From assembly GCA_008632985.1 (NCBI GenBank), contig QPGO01000107.1, positions 186,001-250,000 on the forward strand: a stretch of 64,000 nucleotides of DNA, read 5' to 3'. A program made the position numbers and the translations under genes. Of this stretch, positions 12,591-27,500 are shown in pieces. The notes under the pieces are model-generated. The model had not been told where the DNA came from and did no database searches. It was given only the letters and a program-made list of their open reading frames with translations. The stretch's first letter is position 1, and each line of letters begins with the position of its first letter. This stretch comes from Psammoneis japonica. Taxonomy: Eukaryota.

Positions 12591-15500
12591 GTTTTGTGAT
12601 GCACAAAACAAGTGAGGAGAAGGGCAGGCAGAATGCCACACAGCTGCTGCATGGTGGGGATGGGGTGGGGAAGGGGGGTCCATGCAGGGTCCATGCTTGC
12701 ACTGCATCAACAAGAGGGCATTGAGGCAAATCATGTGGGCCTTGGAACACAGATCACTTCCTGGCAAATGATGCAAGAATGTTTCAACAAGCAAATGCCC
12801 CAGAAAAGCACAGCAGGACAAGAGCCCCCACATGCCAAGTGCTGGTGGCAACTTGCAGCACATTTTGCACCCACAGCTGCAGCAACTCACCTGATGCACC
12901 ATGCCAATGGCTCACTCACCAGCAAAGTCTTTGGCACCTGTGTGCAGAAAATGCTCACAAGATCCACCACCACCTGCCAGCCACCAGCTTTGCTTGTTCT
13001 TACACAAGAAGCTTGCTCTGCTCTGCTTGCCCACAGTGCAGCCAAACCCTGCTCATGCACAGCACAAACTTTGCTCAAGCATGCTCCACCTGCAGAGCAC
13101 AAGCTCTGTTGAAAGAAATGGCACAATGTCTGTTTGCTGATGCAAACAGAGGCTCATCTCCTGCTGCCTGCTCACACACACAACAAAGGAAGAAGATTGA
13201 CTTTGCAAGTGTCATTTCACCAACCACATGATTGGGGCATTGACCAGGAATGCCACTGAAGCCAGCTCTGCATGCCTGCCAAGCAAGAGTTGAGCTTGCT
13301 GTTGGCTGCACTTTCTGACAACACTTGACAGCTGGGTGTTGTTCATTGACAAGAGCTGGTCCACTTTTGCCACTGCTGGGCATTTTAGCACATGTGAGAA
13401 CAAAAAATTCATTGGCCACATTTTGGCAACTTGATGCCAACAAAAAGGTTTTTTCATCCAGCAGTGCCAAGAGAAAGAACAGCCAACTGCACCACTGCAC
13501 ACACATGAACACACAATCATGGTTGAGTGAGGAGTGCAAGACCTGAGCAAGAGGAAAAACATTTTTCAGAAGTTGTGGCAGCAGGTGTGTGGCAATGCTG
13601 CTGTCCAGCACAACCAGCAAAATGGCTGTTTGATCCCTCTGCACTTTTCACAAATGGCACACAGCACAGGGTCCATTCTGGGCTTTCCATTGAATCTGTG
13701 TCACTTTCTCCACAAAGTTCTTCCAGAACATTTTGCTCTCATTTTCTGGTTCTTGGGGAGGGCCAGGGCACTCTTGCCCTGATGCACAAACACCCAAGTC
13801 ATTGCCGAGCATTGCATCAGAGGTGAGCACTTTACTTTGCCATCTCTTTTGTGCAACTGCTTTGCTCTTGCTCCAAACAATGATGCATTGATGAAGCCAG
13901 CAGTCTGCCCCCCCCCCCCTCTTGTCTCTCCATGTGGGTTGTGGTGCAAGATCTCAGGCAGCTGTTGTTGTTGACAGCATTTGGTGACTTGCTTGTTGAT
14001 GTTGTCAATGACTGCAAGAGTGACATCACTGTCTTGGCAACAAGAACTCAGCAGCCTGCCCCACTCCTCTAGATCTTTTTTTTCATTTCAACATGCCTTG
14101 AACCTTTGCAGCACACAGCACCACCAGCTTGACCACTCTTTGTCAGTTGAGGGTTTGTGCAGGACCCACACCTCCTGCTTGCAAAGTGGGTTCATTTTTC
14201 CTTTTCACTGGCTCTGGCCAAATGTCTCAGAAATCACTGATGAACACACAATGTTTGGACCTCCACAGGGCTTGCCCCAATTTGCTTTTTGATGAAACCA
14301 GACTCTCTTGTGAAGCTTTTTGCTCTTTTTACATAAAGTCACAGGTGAGCAGCATGGCTGAGCACTTGTGTGCCACTGCACACATCATGAACACCACATG
14401 CAGTGCCTTTCATCATCGTCCACTTGGTGATTGGTGATTCCAGACTTTTTCGTGTCAGTCAGCTTGTTGGCCAGTTTGTTGGTCAGTCAGTTTGTCAATT
14501 TGTTGCCACTTTGAAGCATGTGGTCAGTGAAGCAGCAACAATGCCAGCAAGGGCATTGTTGTGGGAAGGCAATGGGGATGATGGGGGCAACAGCACCACA
14601 GCAGAGTTGATGTCATGAACATTGTTTTTGCAGCATGCAGAAGAAATGCAGAATTGTTTTTCTTCACAAAGGGTGGAATGAAGATGAGCAGCTTTGGTCT
14701 TGCCATCTGAGCATGTGTTGGGGGGCAAGTTGGGGGCATGGAAGCACAGAAAAAAGTTGGGTTCCTGGTGCTGTTGGTGGGGCCCACTGGCTTCAGTTGG
14801 CTGCAGTGTCCAAAGAGAGGTTGAGAAGCCCACAAAGCCACAGAACATGATGTGTTGGGATGTTTGCAGGCAACAGGAGGCATGGCCCCATTTGCCCTCT
14901 GACCTCAAAAAGTTTGCAGAGCAAGATTTTGAGGGTGACTGAAGGTGAGTGGCCAAGAAGTGCCAACACACTCTCATTCCAGGTCAGGCATGTTGCCCAC
15001 TGCTCCTCAAAGTCATGGTTTGTGAAGTGGCAAACATTTGAGGTGCCATCACTCCAGCAAGTGTCTGCATGGCACACAGCAATTTGCAACTTGTTAAGCA
15101 CAATGAAGGTCATCATTTGTTGTGCAGACTGTCAATTCCCAAAACTTCTGTGCTGAATGCAAGATGTGATCTCAAGTCTCACAGCACAATGCAGGTGTTC
15201 CACAACATGAGTTTGAATGGCTGGCGCAGCTTGGCATGTTTCCAATTGGTTGGTTGCACCATTGACTCTGCCCATGCCAACAATCTGTGCAAGAGATGCT
15301 CTGCTGCTGCCATGGGCTGTGCAAATGCACTTGCTGGTGCAGCCACTTCTTCTCACCATTGCAAACATGTGCGCACAGAGGTTTGCAGCTGCAGGTTGGA
15401 CAGAGGCCAAATTTCCTGCAAGTGTTGCAAGGTTGAAGAATGTTCTCTGCAATCAATCTGTGCTGGAGGATGCTGCAATTAAGATGACAAATCAGTGAGT

Positions 15501-15693
15501 CCCAGCAGAGGGATTGCGACATGTTGACACATTTGTCAGCCCCATCTACCGGAATTCAAACATTTGAAGCTCACAGCAAAAAGCTTTTTGTTTGCTCTGC
15601 TGCAGTTTTCATTGCAACACATTCTGACCTGCCAAGAAGTTGAGGACTGCAAGGGAGTTCTTTTTCTCATTTCTCTGAGTTCTTTTGTCACAA

Positions 15694-18335
15694 TTAACTT
15701 GAGCAGCATGCTGCAGCATTTGTGCAAGTCCAGGTGTCTTGAAGAACACCCTGCTGTGCTGCCTGCATGCTCGCTGCAGCTGACTGCCCAAACCAACTGC
15801 TCGTGGATTTCCCACTTGAGTTTTTGGCAGGCCTGGCTTTGTTTCTGAGTTCATTGGAAAGAGCCGTCAAAATGCTCTTTGCTTCTTCATTTTTCTCCCC
15901 TTGCCGGAGAGCGAATTGGGGTTCAAGCACCATTGGCACTCCAATGTTTGCACGAATGTAAGGATGTGACGCCACAACCTCACCAACCGCTGCTCCGCCA
16001 GATGCAAGCTTGACAAAAGCATCCGTAACCCCAAAAGAATCATCATCTGGGATGCGAATGACACAAGCCACAGGTTCATTTCCAACGACTTTTTCAGCCA
16101 CACACCCATTGAAAGCACAGTCCTCATCGGTGGATGACGGCGGCGACCCAGATGCAGTGAGGAGACACAACGCCCGCGTGCAGCCACTCTCGGCAGCCTT
16201 GTCCAACATCTTTTCACATTCTTGTTTCGCTCGCTTTGGTGAAAAATGGTGATGTGATTTGATGGAAATGAAAAGCGGTGCAAAGAACATCTCACTCGTG
16301 ATTGAACTGGAAATTCGGATGGCACCGGCCATGTCTGTTAAAGGGCAGCCTCCAAAAACATAAAAAGCGGTGACGGATTCGTGTGGGTGCTTCAAGAAGC
16401 CTTGGTCCTTCAAACCCTCCCAACTGACTCCGTAAGAACAAAGGTAGTTGTGACAGACTTGAGTGAAGTTAACCGTCACCCTGGCATTTGAGGAAGGCAC
16501 AACGGGCTTTTTGGGGCGCCCTCCGCACTGCAAAGCACCAAGCCAATGTCCAATGAAACAGAGAACGTTTCTTCTTGCATGGATCGACGCAACTCATCCC
16601 CACAGAGCAACAAGTAAAAGGCAACCATCACTTCACCAAAATTGCCCTTCTCGGGAATGCAGATGCCCCGAGAGAATGATTCAGCTATTTTCCCAACCCA
16701 CCATTGTGGTTTCTTCCCATTGAATGGCCCGCATGTGAACTCTGGATCCATCAATCGCACAGCAAGACGGGCGCACACGGGATCGGTCACAAAGCAAATT
16801 CTGGCGGAACCTGATGAGACTGAGACAAGGTTTGCATGTCCGTTGGCAACGAGATTGGAAGTGATTGAAAAGGTCGTTTGGCCCGTTTGCATCCCAGTGG
16901 CAAGAACACTGAGACATGTGGGCAAGCTGTTCTCCCAATCCAACTTGCTTGAGAGCATGTGACCAACAACATTCTGCAGCTTTGCTTCAAGTGCATTGTT
17001 GGCATCCAAAACTGCAAACAGAGGGCGCCCGCAACGAGTTGCCTTCTTGCATTCGCTTCCTTTGTTCGTCTTGCTGATGCACCCCACAGTGGTCGTCACT
17101 GTGAACACCGGAAAAACCTCAGATCCTTTTTTGTAGAAGCTGGCATCCTCAGCTTTCCATTCCCTTGAAGGAACTGTGTTCATCAATCTTTTGTTGTCGT
17201 CAAACTCAAAGCGAATGTTGTTCAGATTTGCGGTGGTCCCGGCAAAGCAAGCAACAATTCTTGAGCCATCAGATCGTTGCTTTCGCAGCCACAAACAAAT
17301 GATCCTAAAAAGCAGTGATGGGTGCTCTGTTTTCAATGGTTTGTCTTCACTTGTCTCGTTGAATGAGCCCAAGCAATCTTGGGCTTCATCAAAGCAAAGA
17401 AAGACATTTTTGGTGGGCTGCTCCTTTCCTTCTGCAGTTTCATCCACGAGCCGATCCAGTGCTTCAAAGCCTCGATCGACTGTTGCGCCAACAGGTGTGT
17501 TTGATGCAAGAGTTCCTTGAAGGTCAGTTTGCTTTTTGAAAACTCGGTGTGCATTTTCTGGTGATGCATTGCCCGTCTTCATCTGACTCGGGAGCACCAG
17601 GGAGCACCGCCACCCGCAGTTGCTCTCTAATTCCTGACAGGCATGACACATGATCTTTGTCTTGCCCATTCCACTTGATTGCATCAAGCAAAAATGCGGG
17701 GCGTCCTGCAACTGGTTGTTCTCTTCACACCATTTAGACACCCTGACGGCTTGTTTCAAAAACTGGTTGACGTCATGAGTGTGCGAAAGTGCGATCTCTT
17801 CAATTTTGCAGTCCAGAGTCGCCACGCGTTTTCTCCACTCAGTTTTTCTACTTTCTTTGATGGCATTCACAAAGTGAATGGATGCGTCAATGGCCGCGTT
17901 TCGTGGCAGCTGCAGCGTGGCCAACAAGCATGCAACGGACTCGGCAAGGTCTTTTTCATTCGCTGGTGACGCCAAACCTTCAATCATTTGTTGCTGCTTT
18001 TCTTCTACAGCACTCTTTGCGGCTGGGTCTTTCACGTCCTTTGACCATTCCTGCACAACTTCAGAGGCAATGACTGTGGTCGAGTCACGTGCGGCGCTCG
18101 CGGCAGTGTCCACCACGAGCTCTGTCGATTCCGGTGCACTTTCTTCACCGTTTTCGATTGAGACCTGCTGCATCATTTCAGATGGATCCACCTCTTTGTT
18201 CCTTTTTGTTTGCCAAGGACAACTGGTTGTTTGCTCATTCGTAAGAGGGTCAGCCAAGAGAATGTCGGCAGCATGGGACCGACATGAAAAAAGTGGCCCA
18301 TCGTGATGACTTTTGTAAAAATTCGACAAACACAC
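15694..18335 (-). pseudogene. P-loop NTPase of the QSSGxGK (Crinkler/CR-NTPase-like) type, frameshifted near 16530
   Basis: Walker A QSSGMGKT, Walker B LCFDEAQ, then ACFAGT, GRPLF, DPVCARLA and KGNFGEVMVAFYLLLCGD. Only 3 Tyr in 619 aa; His/Cys stand where Tyr is expected (APHFCL, RCGRPLF, NGHANL). Confidence 0.65.
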
Positions 18336-21153
18336 AAACGATGAACATTTTGAGTCTGATCAGTCAAAATGTGTTTGTCAATGTGTCGCTTTCCGACCCC
18401 TTCCAATGCAAATGAAAGACAAACATCGGCAGGCAGCAGTTTGAATTGCTCAAAAACACATTGTTGTGCACGCATGACAATGTAAATTTTTGAATCTTTT
18501 TGTGTTTGTTCGTGTCATGTGCTCAAGACATGACGAACATTTCTGTTGGCACAAATGATTGTGTGCATCATAAATGTCATTTCGGCTGGCGGGCGGTTTG
18601 TTTGTCCATTTTGTTCATCTCTCGAGTTGTGGCAGCGATTCGATTTTGGTGCCACAGTGGCATTGATAAAGACAAACAAATGAACACTTCACAACCCAAA
18701 TGACTGACAAGACTCAAAATGTTTGTCGTTCATCGTTTGTCAAAAATTTACAAAAGAAACCGCCCAAGTGAGCGAGATCGAACAATCGCAGTTGCGGTCT
18801 GTCTGTGCGGCAGTTTGTGCGCACATTTGTGTGTGGGACCCTGCTGCCGGCAACTGTCGTCCTTCCCTGCCACCTCCAGCTGCGGCAGCCCAATCCAGTT
18901 TGAGTTGGGCTGGTCGGGATCGGGCTGGAGGTGGTGGGGGACTGACTCCAGCACAATGCATGCACAGAAAATGTCACACAGACAGACCACCACTGCCACT
19001 CTCCTCCTTCTTGTGAGTGGTGTGACACCCAGATTGGCGGTTCCAGAAATCATGGTTGTGAAGTTTGGTGGTGCAAAACATGCATTGAAAAATGCGCAGA
19101 TCATGGAGACTGGAAACACTGCCACCCACCACCATCACCCAAAGGTGCCACAGATGCCGCTGACTGCTGCACATGTCATGACGAGGATTCAAGGTTGGTG
19201 GGCTGGGGTGTCATCTCGAGCGGGTGTTGCGCTGTCTTGAGCAGCAAACGTGTGATCTCGAGTGGCGCTGTCTCCAGCAGCACATGCCCAGCCTTGAGTG
19301 GAGCCACTCTGTGGTGGAGTGGTGTCATTTGGCTGCTTCCAGCAGCTGGCTGGTTTTGAGTGGTGTCGTCGAGCAGCGACCATCCAGTTGACAGAGTTGC
19401 CTGTTGTGCGCGTGTCAGCAATGTGTGCCAGCCACCAGCGCTGGTGGTTGGGGGCATTTGGAAGACATTGCAGCCTCTTGCTGCCAGATCATTCTGTTGA
19501 GTGCTCTGCCAACCTCTCATTTTTCTTGAGTGCTGTGCTGAAATGCTCGAAGCACGGTGCTTGAAAACTGCTGGTCATTGCCACCATGTTTGCAGTGCCC
19601 GCTGGCACTGTCATTGCAGCCAAAGTCATCCACTTGAGGTGGAACAACAAATTTTTTGACAACACATTTTGTCAGCCCATCAGAGAGGTGACTGACATTC
19701 CCATTTTTGGCACTGGCGGCTGTGCTGCATCTTGTTGTTCTTGTCATTTTGTTCTTTTTCAGATGAGCTGCTTGAAGAATGATCTGGCAGATGAAAGCCA
19801 AAGTCTTCTTCAAAGCTCATCTTTTACAAGCAGCGCTGTCAAATCTGCAGGAGCAAATCAACAATCAATGCAGCAAGTGTGACAGCAAGAAATGTGCAAA
19901 GAACAGACTCCAAAAAAATGAGTGTCAGGCCACTGCAGGTGCTGGTCATTGGGGCGCAACAAAACATTGCCCCTTTGATTGACAATCAACAACAGCAATG
20001 CTTGTGTTCAATGGATTCCCTTGACAATTCAACAGATTCCCTTGGCAAAAACAGTTTCTGCACTGTTGCCATTGGACAACTCATGCCACTGGCACCATCT
20101 TCTGCACACTCTCCAATGAACTGAGTCAGTGCCCAAGCATGAAGTTGTTGGCAGCACCTGCAGCACTGCCATCTTTTGAACCTGCAATCTGTCAAAGTGT
20201 GATGTCAAGTGGAGTGATGCACCTGGCAAAGCTCCTCCACCAAGTTTGCCTTTGCAAGCACCCAGGAGTGCACCCAGTGTTCAGGCTCCATTGACTGCAC
20301 CACCCTCCACTCTTCTGTTGCCTTTGCTCTCAGCAGCCCAAGTGAGATGCCAAGTGATGCTCTGTCAAGCAAGCTTCCCTTTGTTGGCTCCATTTGCCAA
20401 TTGACAAGTGTGCCTGGCAAGGTTCCCTCAAAGGACTCAACCACACCTTCAAATAAATCAAGTTGGCATCCAAGCACACAGCCTTTGGCTTCATCTTCAG
20501 CGTCAATTGCAGATTGTCGTTGAGAGGCATGGCACTCTGAGCACAGCTCCTGGTGGTCTGAATGAGCCCTGTTCTGCAATTTCTTGAGTGAGCTTTGTTC
20601 TGCAATTTTTTCAAGGAAGCAGCACATCAATGTGCCACCCTGCAAGCAGAACAGAAGCAAAGGCATGCATGGTGTCATCCACATGGCTCAGCAAAACAAT
20701 GTGTGAGCAATGTTTCTGCAGACTGCTGCAGTGTCATGTCAGCTGAGGTGTTGAACCAGCAAGTCAATGTTGCCAAAAGGGAGTCCTGCAAGGCTTCCTG
20801 TGCTGCTTGCTGCACTTGCCTTGGTTTTTTGCAGCAGCTGTGGGGTTGCCTGGAAGTTGTCAATGCAAACTTCAAACTTGCAATGTGGCAGGTGCCCAGC
20901 AGCACCAAATGTAAAATCATGCAAACCAAACAATTCTCTCCAAAGAGTGAGATGAGCTGAAAGGTGAGAAAGATTGGTGATGAGATCTTGATCACAAAGA
21001 GTCACCAAATCTGCCATGTCATGAGCCACAGCATCTTTTCTTCAATGCACCCAGGCTTCTTGCATTTCCTGTCACCCACATGATCCAACACACTCCTGCT
21101 GCTTGCACTGATGTTCTGGCCAGATGGATCTAGCTGGCATTGAGGGGAAATGG

Positions 21154-21515
21154 CATTGGAGCATCTGGATGAGTGGGAAACATGAGAGACCCAAAAGTGT
21201 GTCTGTTGAAGTGAAGATGCTTTGGATCCTGAGTTGTGGTGGATTGGGTGACACCTGAAGAACAAATGTGCATTTGTCACTGATCTCACCAACCTTCTTT
21301 TTAGCTTGCTCTTTAGAGTGAATCATCTGGTTTGTGCAAAATGTGTTGTGGCACCAGTGTGCACCCTTTTGTTGCCTTTGCATTTGTGAGAACAAAATGA
21401 TTGAGAGCTTCCAGGCAAACCACAGCCACCACAGCAACCAGGACAAGTGCAACAAGCAGCACAGGAAACCTCAGAGGACTCCCTTTTGGTGACACATTGA
21501 CTTGTCAGTTCAGCA
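21154..21515 (+). repeat. 5' LTR of inner Copia
   Basis: Collinear with 28081-28443 over ~360 bp. Confidence 0.85.
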
Positions 21516-24500
21516 GTCACTCCAAAGAGTGAAGAGCACTGTGCTTGGTGCATGTGGCACTGACCTCCATTTAACCACTCAAAACAGCAAGCCTGCTTTG
21601 TGAGCAGTGAGGGAGGCAGACTTGGCACCAAAGGCTGAGATGGTTGCCAAGGCAGGGGCAGCATTGCTGCAACAAAAGAGCAAGAAGATGAACCCCTGAG
21701 AAGAGCTTCAAGCCAGAAATGAAGTTTCATCTGTCAACAATGAATGGCAACTTGCACAACATGATGTTCAAAGATGTCAAGGAAAAGGTCATTGACCACA
21801 TGCAGAAAGAGCACTGTCATGGCATCTGTCTGGCAAGGTCTCCAGAGAATGTGGGCTGTGTGGACTTCAATGCAGAGAGTTCCACACTGCAGACAGCCAC
21901 AACAGTTGTGCCAGCACCACCAGGCAATGTGGGCTGGCTGCCAACAAATGGTCAATGAAAGAGCTCAAGAAGAAAAACAACTTGAGCATGAGTGCAAGAT
22001 CTAACCACAAGATCACAATGACAAAGTGAAGAAGCTTGAAAAAAAAGACTGTGGCATTTGCAGGGATCACAGATGATTTCTCCAGCAAGCAAATGAAGCA
22101 AAGAGTGCAGGTGGAGCTGGTGCACATGAGTGTCAGGGATGACCTGATTGAGCCATTGAAGCTGATCCAATTGCTTGTGCTCAACTCTGTGAGAGGTCGA
22201 CACCCATTCCATGCACTTGCCAAGTGCCTGTTGCACACACTGGAAGTGAAACAACACAAGGACCAAAGAGACACCATTGGCAAAGGTCTTGGCAAGAAGA
22301 TGTTGGACAGATTCATCATGAATGCCAGCAAGGAGCACAAGGACTGCACCCACCCAGCAGAGAATACAGTGCTGACAGGCGCTGCATTTGAGACATGGAG
22401 CATGCATCCATTCACAGAGAACAGTGAGAACTGCCACTGCAAGAGTCTCAAGATGAGCCTTGTGAGAGACCACAGCCTGGGGAGGGATTTGCATCCTAAG
22501 ACCCTTGAGAAGGCAATGGATGTGCCACTGAATCATCCAAAAGACAACCCTCTGCACAAGAGGCAGAGCAAGAAGAAGAACAAACGTCCAAATGACAAGA
22601 CAGAGGACAAAAGGAATGACAGACCCAAGAACCTGCAAGACCAGAGTCATGCACAGAGCAGCAAAAATGATGCACCATTGTTGTGGTGAGCCAAACCACA
22701 ATTCCTCAGACTGCAGACACAAGGATGAGATCTCACAGAAGGGTTGGTTCAAGAAGACCAGCAGGAAGCCAGATGTCAGGGGACACAGTCATGCACAAAG
22801 AGATGAAGACAACTCATCAGTGAGCAGCAACAATGCCAGCATTGACGCCCAGAGGTCAAGTCGATCAGCAAGTTCTGGCAGAAAAAGCACTGTGTGGCAT
22901 GGGTTCCAAGCAGAGGAACAGGCTGAAGAGAGACTGGAGATGAGTTTGAGCCAAGCCAATGTTGGCATCAAGTCAGATGAGAGCATCCTTGACAATGGTT
23001 CTGCCCTTGGCATGGCAGCAAGCCGGAGTCTGGTGCACAATGTGCAGCCAGCAAGGACCAAGATTGATCTGTCCATGAATGCAGCAATGAACACTTTGGA
23101 CAAAGACTGAACCATGCCAGGATGGGGTGATGTAAAGCTTGGGTCATGCAATGTGACAGCAAACATCCTAAGTTTGAAGGATGTGAAAAGCAAGTGCTGC
23201 ATTGCACACGACAACAGGGCAGCAAAAATGAGCTCCATCTGCTGGACAAGAAGTCTGGCAAACAAGTTGTGGTGTTCAGAGTCAATGACATCAGACCACA
23301 CACATTTGCTCCAAGCCAGCAATTCCTCAACCATGCAAAAGAACTCCAAGAAGATGAGTTGCATGTGAGCATGCTGTCAAAGGAAAAGAAGGTTGCAAAA
23401 AAGACCAACAAGAAACACAATGGTGCATCGGGAACTGTGGTTCCAACTGTGAAACAGCATGTGAAAGGCTGCACCAAACAGGAGGCAGCAAGCACTGAGG
23501 ACATGATCAGACTGTGCTGCAAGGTGCTGGAATGCCCAGCGCAAGGGATTTCAAACTGTTTTTGTGGTCCAAGAACCTGTTCATCATTCCTGAAGACATG
23601 GACAGCATGGTGGCCACATTGGGGCCCACTGACCAATGCACTTGAAGGCAAGTCCAAGCATGTGCACCATTCCTGTGCAAGGAACAACAATGTTGTTGCA
23701 CTGCCACCTCAAATCTGCAAGAAGCAGAGAGAAGGCACGACCCTCTACATTGATGTTGTGGAAGTGTGTGGTGTCAAGACACTGCACACAGTTGACAAGA
23801 TGATCAAGTGCAGATTGAGTGTGCATGGCTGAGGTCCAAGAAGCATGAAGATGTTTGCAAAGCCTTGGACATGATTCTCAGACAGCACAACATGGTGTCA
23901 TTTGAGGTTGACTTTGTTGAATTCAAGGACATGCTGGCAGAAGTCGCGGATGGCATGAACCTGGAACTGACATCCATGAATGCCAAGGATCATGCTTCTG
24001 AAGTTGAGCAAAGCATCCAAACCATCAAGGAGCAAACCCGTGCTGCAGCAGCACACCATGTGTCACACAAGACTGTCAACAAGCTGATGTGCAAGCAAGC
24101 CATGATCAAGAACACTGTCATGTCCAACGCACATGTGCCCTCAAAAGGAAGGGATTTCTGACACTTGCAGTCCACACACTGTTGTGCAAGAAAGAAACCT
24201 TGACTGCAAAAAACATTTTCAGCTTGAATTTGGGGAACTTGTCATTTGTCACATTGAGAATGACAAGACAAATGCCATGGAAGTGCACGGCATTGACAGC
24301 AGCATCTGCCTGCAACCCCACTTTGACTTGCCCAAGGGTGGTCACTGCGCCATGAACCTGCACATGGGAAAGACATTGAGTCCCCACAAGTGCACCTCTG
24401 CACCTCTGATGGACGTGCACATTGTGGCCATCAAGGACATGGCCAAGAGTCAAGGCATCAAAGAGTTCAAGTTTGCAGCAAAATGCAGAGACAATCAGTG

Positions 24501-27500
24501 CAATGCTGATTGGACTGCAGGAGTGGACAACACCAAAACCAAAAGCAACAGCAACAGTGATGATGCTGATGAAAGTGATGATGAGCACTGTGCAACCAAG
24601 TCATAGAACAAAGACTGTGAAGACAAGCTCAACTCAGATGATGAGTGCAAGGAGGCCAGCAAGATGCTGGCCAACAAAAGGTCCAGTCTCAATCAACAGC
24701 ACAAAGCTCATGAGGAGCAAGAGGTCCAAGAAGACCCAGAAAACAATGATCACCATGCGAGTGAAGAGTCCAAGATGGACAAAGAACCCCAACACAATTC
24801 AAGATGGGAAAGTGAACGAACGGATGAAGAATCAAATGTTGTGCCAGGAAGAGTTGCAAGAGCAGGAACATTCTCCAACATGATGTCACAGAGACACAAA
24901 GAAAAGAAAGTTTGCTTTGCAGGAGTGGCAGACACTGGAAGGATGGCAAAGAAGCAATGCAAGCTCAAGCACTGCCATCACTTGCACACCAACATGAGCT
25001 CCAACCTGAAGGATGATCTGGAACATGAAGCAGAATTCATGTGTGAGATTGATGACTGACTCCACTGTGGAAAGGGCATGAGTTTTGCCCAACAACACAT
25101 CTGATCCACAAAGGCTCAAAAGCATTTGGCCAGAACAAGGGGCATGATGCCCCACAGAAAGAGATCAAACAATTGCATGACCAAGTGTGCTTTGCACCAG
25201 TGTCAGTCAAGGATGTGACTCCAACTGAGAGGACCAAGGTCATGGTGGCCTTTGTGTTCCTAACCAAGAAATGAGACAGTCGCACAAAAGGGCAAATGGT
25301 CTGCAATGGCAAACAGCCTTGAGAATGGCCAGACAAGGACAAGTGAGCCATGAGCCAGCCCTGCTGCATCCCTGGAAGGGATGTTTGTGACAGCAATGGT
25401 TGACACCACCCATGAAGGACATGACAAAATAAGCACCAATGTTCCCGGTGCATTTGTGCAGACTGTGATGCTGGAGCCTGGAGAAGGCAAAGACTGGATT
25501 GTGACAAAGATCACAGGAGCACTCATTGACATGCTTGTGAGCATCAATCCAAACCTGTGCAGACCTCATGTGTTTCTGGAAAAAGGCAAGAGAGTTCTTT
25601 GCGTCCAAGGCATTGGAGCCACATGTGGAATGCTTGTTGTGCTGTCTCTGCTGTGACACAACAAATTTCAAAAGGACTTGGAAAATGCAGGGTTTGAGTT
25701 CAACCCTTGCAATCCCTGCATTGCCAGTTGCACAGTCAATGGCAATCAGCACATGATTGGATTTCACAAGGATGACCCATTGTCTGGCCACAAGAATCCA
25801 AAAGGAAACAAGTTCCTGGACTGGCCAAATGACAGATGCATGGCAGCCATGGTGAAGTCATTTCCACACAAGGGAAGAGACATGACTGTCTTGGCATGAC
25901 CCTGAACATCAGCTCAGAAAGGAAAAGTAAAAGTCAACATGGCGGACTGTGTTCACAAGATGATTGACCAGTTTCCCAAAAATGATTGAGAGAGCATGGA
26001 TTCTGCTGTGACACCAGCTGGGGAGAAGATGTTTGACACTGGTGGAACAAGTTTGCCAGACAAGAAGGCACAGACCTTTCATGCATGGATGGCCAAGGGA
26101 CTGTTCCTGTCCAAAAGAGGCCAAATGGACATGCATCACACTGTCACTGCATCATGCACGTGAGTGAGAGCTCTTGCCAACAAGGATTGGTTGAAGCCAG
26201 TCTGTCATCTCGAGTGCCTGAACCGGACAAGAAACAAATGCAAAGGACCTCTGAGTTTTGTCAAGTGGCATGTGGACACATCATTTGCAGTGCACCCTTG
26301 TTTCAAGAGCCACACCAGAGGAGTCATGACAACAGGCAATGGAGCAGTGCAGGCCATCTTGAAGCACCAGAAGCTCAACACCCAAAGCAGCACACAAGCT
26401 GAGCTTGTTCAAGTCAACAATGCCATGACTGTGATGCTGACAAAGCTCTTCATGGAGCACCAAGGGCATCCAATTGACAAGAATGTCTCCTGAGCCAGGA
26501 CAACAAGAGTGCCATCCTGCTGGAAACTGACTGGTGGGTGCAAGAGTGTGGGGAAGTGATCACGGGCACTCAACATGCAGCATTTCTTTGTTGCCAATCA
26601 GATTGAAAAGGGCAACTTGTGAGCACAATGTTGTCCTGCCAACAACATGTTTGAAGACTTCATGACCAAGCCACCACAAGGCAAGAAGTTCTGAAAGTTT
26701 AAAAGAGCATCATGGGCTGTCAACTTCAAGCACAACAGGCATGAGACCCATTCTTTGTGACATCAGATGAGAATTCTCATGCATGTTGGTGACACGAACG
26801 TGGAGCAAGAAGAGCCCCAAAACCCTTGCACATTGATTGAGTCAAAGAAGAGTGACAATGGAGGGGAGATGCTTTGTGGAGGAATTTGTTGATGGACCTG
26901 ACTTGGTGCTGATCCAGGCAGTCAAGGACAGATGGCCCATTGATTGTTGGGCCTGGTTCTGTCTTTCAAGGCAGATGTCAGGACAGCCAATGACCAGGAC
27001 ACAAGAGCATGCTTGCTGTCTTGATGCAGCAATGTTGAGTTTCAATCTCATGAAAGATGAGCTCAAAACTTGGCTGATGAGCAACATGACAACCATGACC
27101 ATGGACCCATTTGAGAGGCAACATGCAGCCAATGCGTGTCAATTGAGGATTGACACAGATGAGAGGAACAGCAGAAACAGGCTGACAGAACCTGCAGAGG
27201 TTCAAAGTCTGATGTCAGTTTTGACAGAGACAAAGGCATTTTGCCATGACAGAATTGCAGGAGAGTGCATTGAGACATTGGACATGGGCTCAACTGAGGT
27301 GTGTGACCACTGGTGCACCAATGTTCTCCATGCACAATGACAAGAGCATCATGAACAAAGTGAAGTTGCTCAGAGAGAATGCACAAAAGAAGACCAGAGA
27401 GTGCTGGCAAGGTTTGCCTTTGATGTCATGATGCAAGGCAACACATGTTGTTGAAACTGCAACAAGGATGACAGAGCAGAGAGAGCTGCACCAGACCAAC

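Noticed and set aside
12300..15690. Possible hAT or other transposase remnants
   Set aside because: Too degraded to identify catalytic motifs or termini by eye; left unassigned within the relic block.
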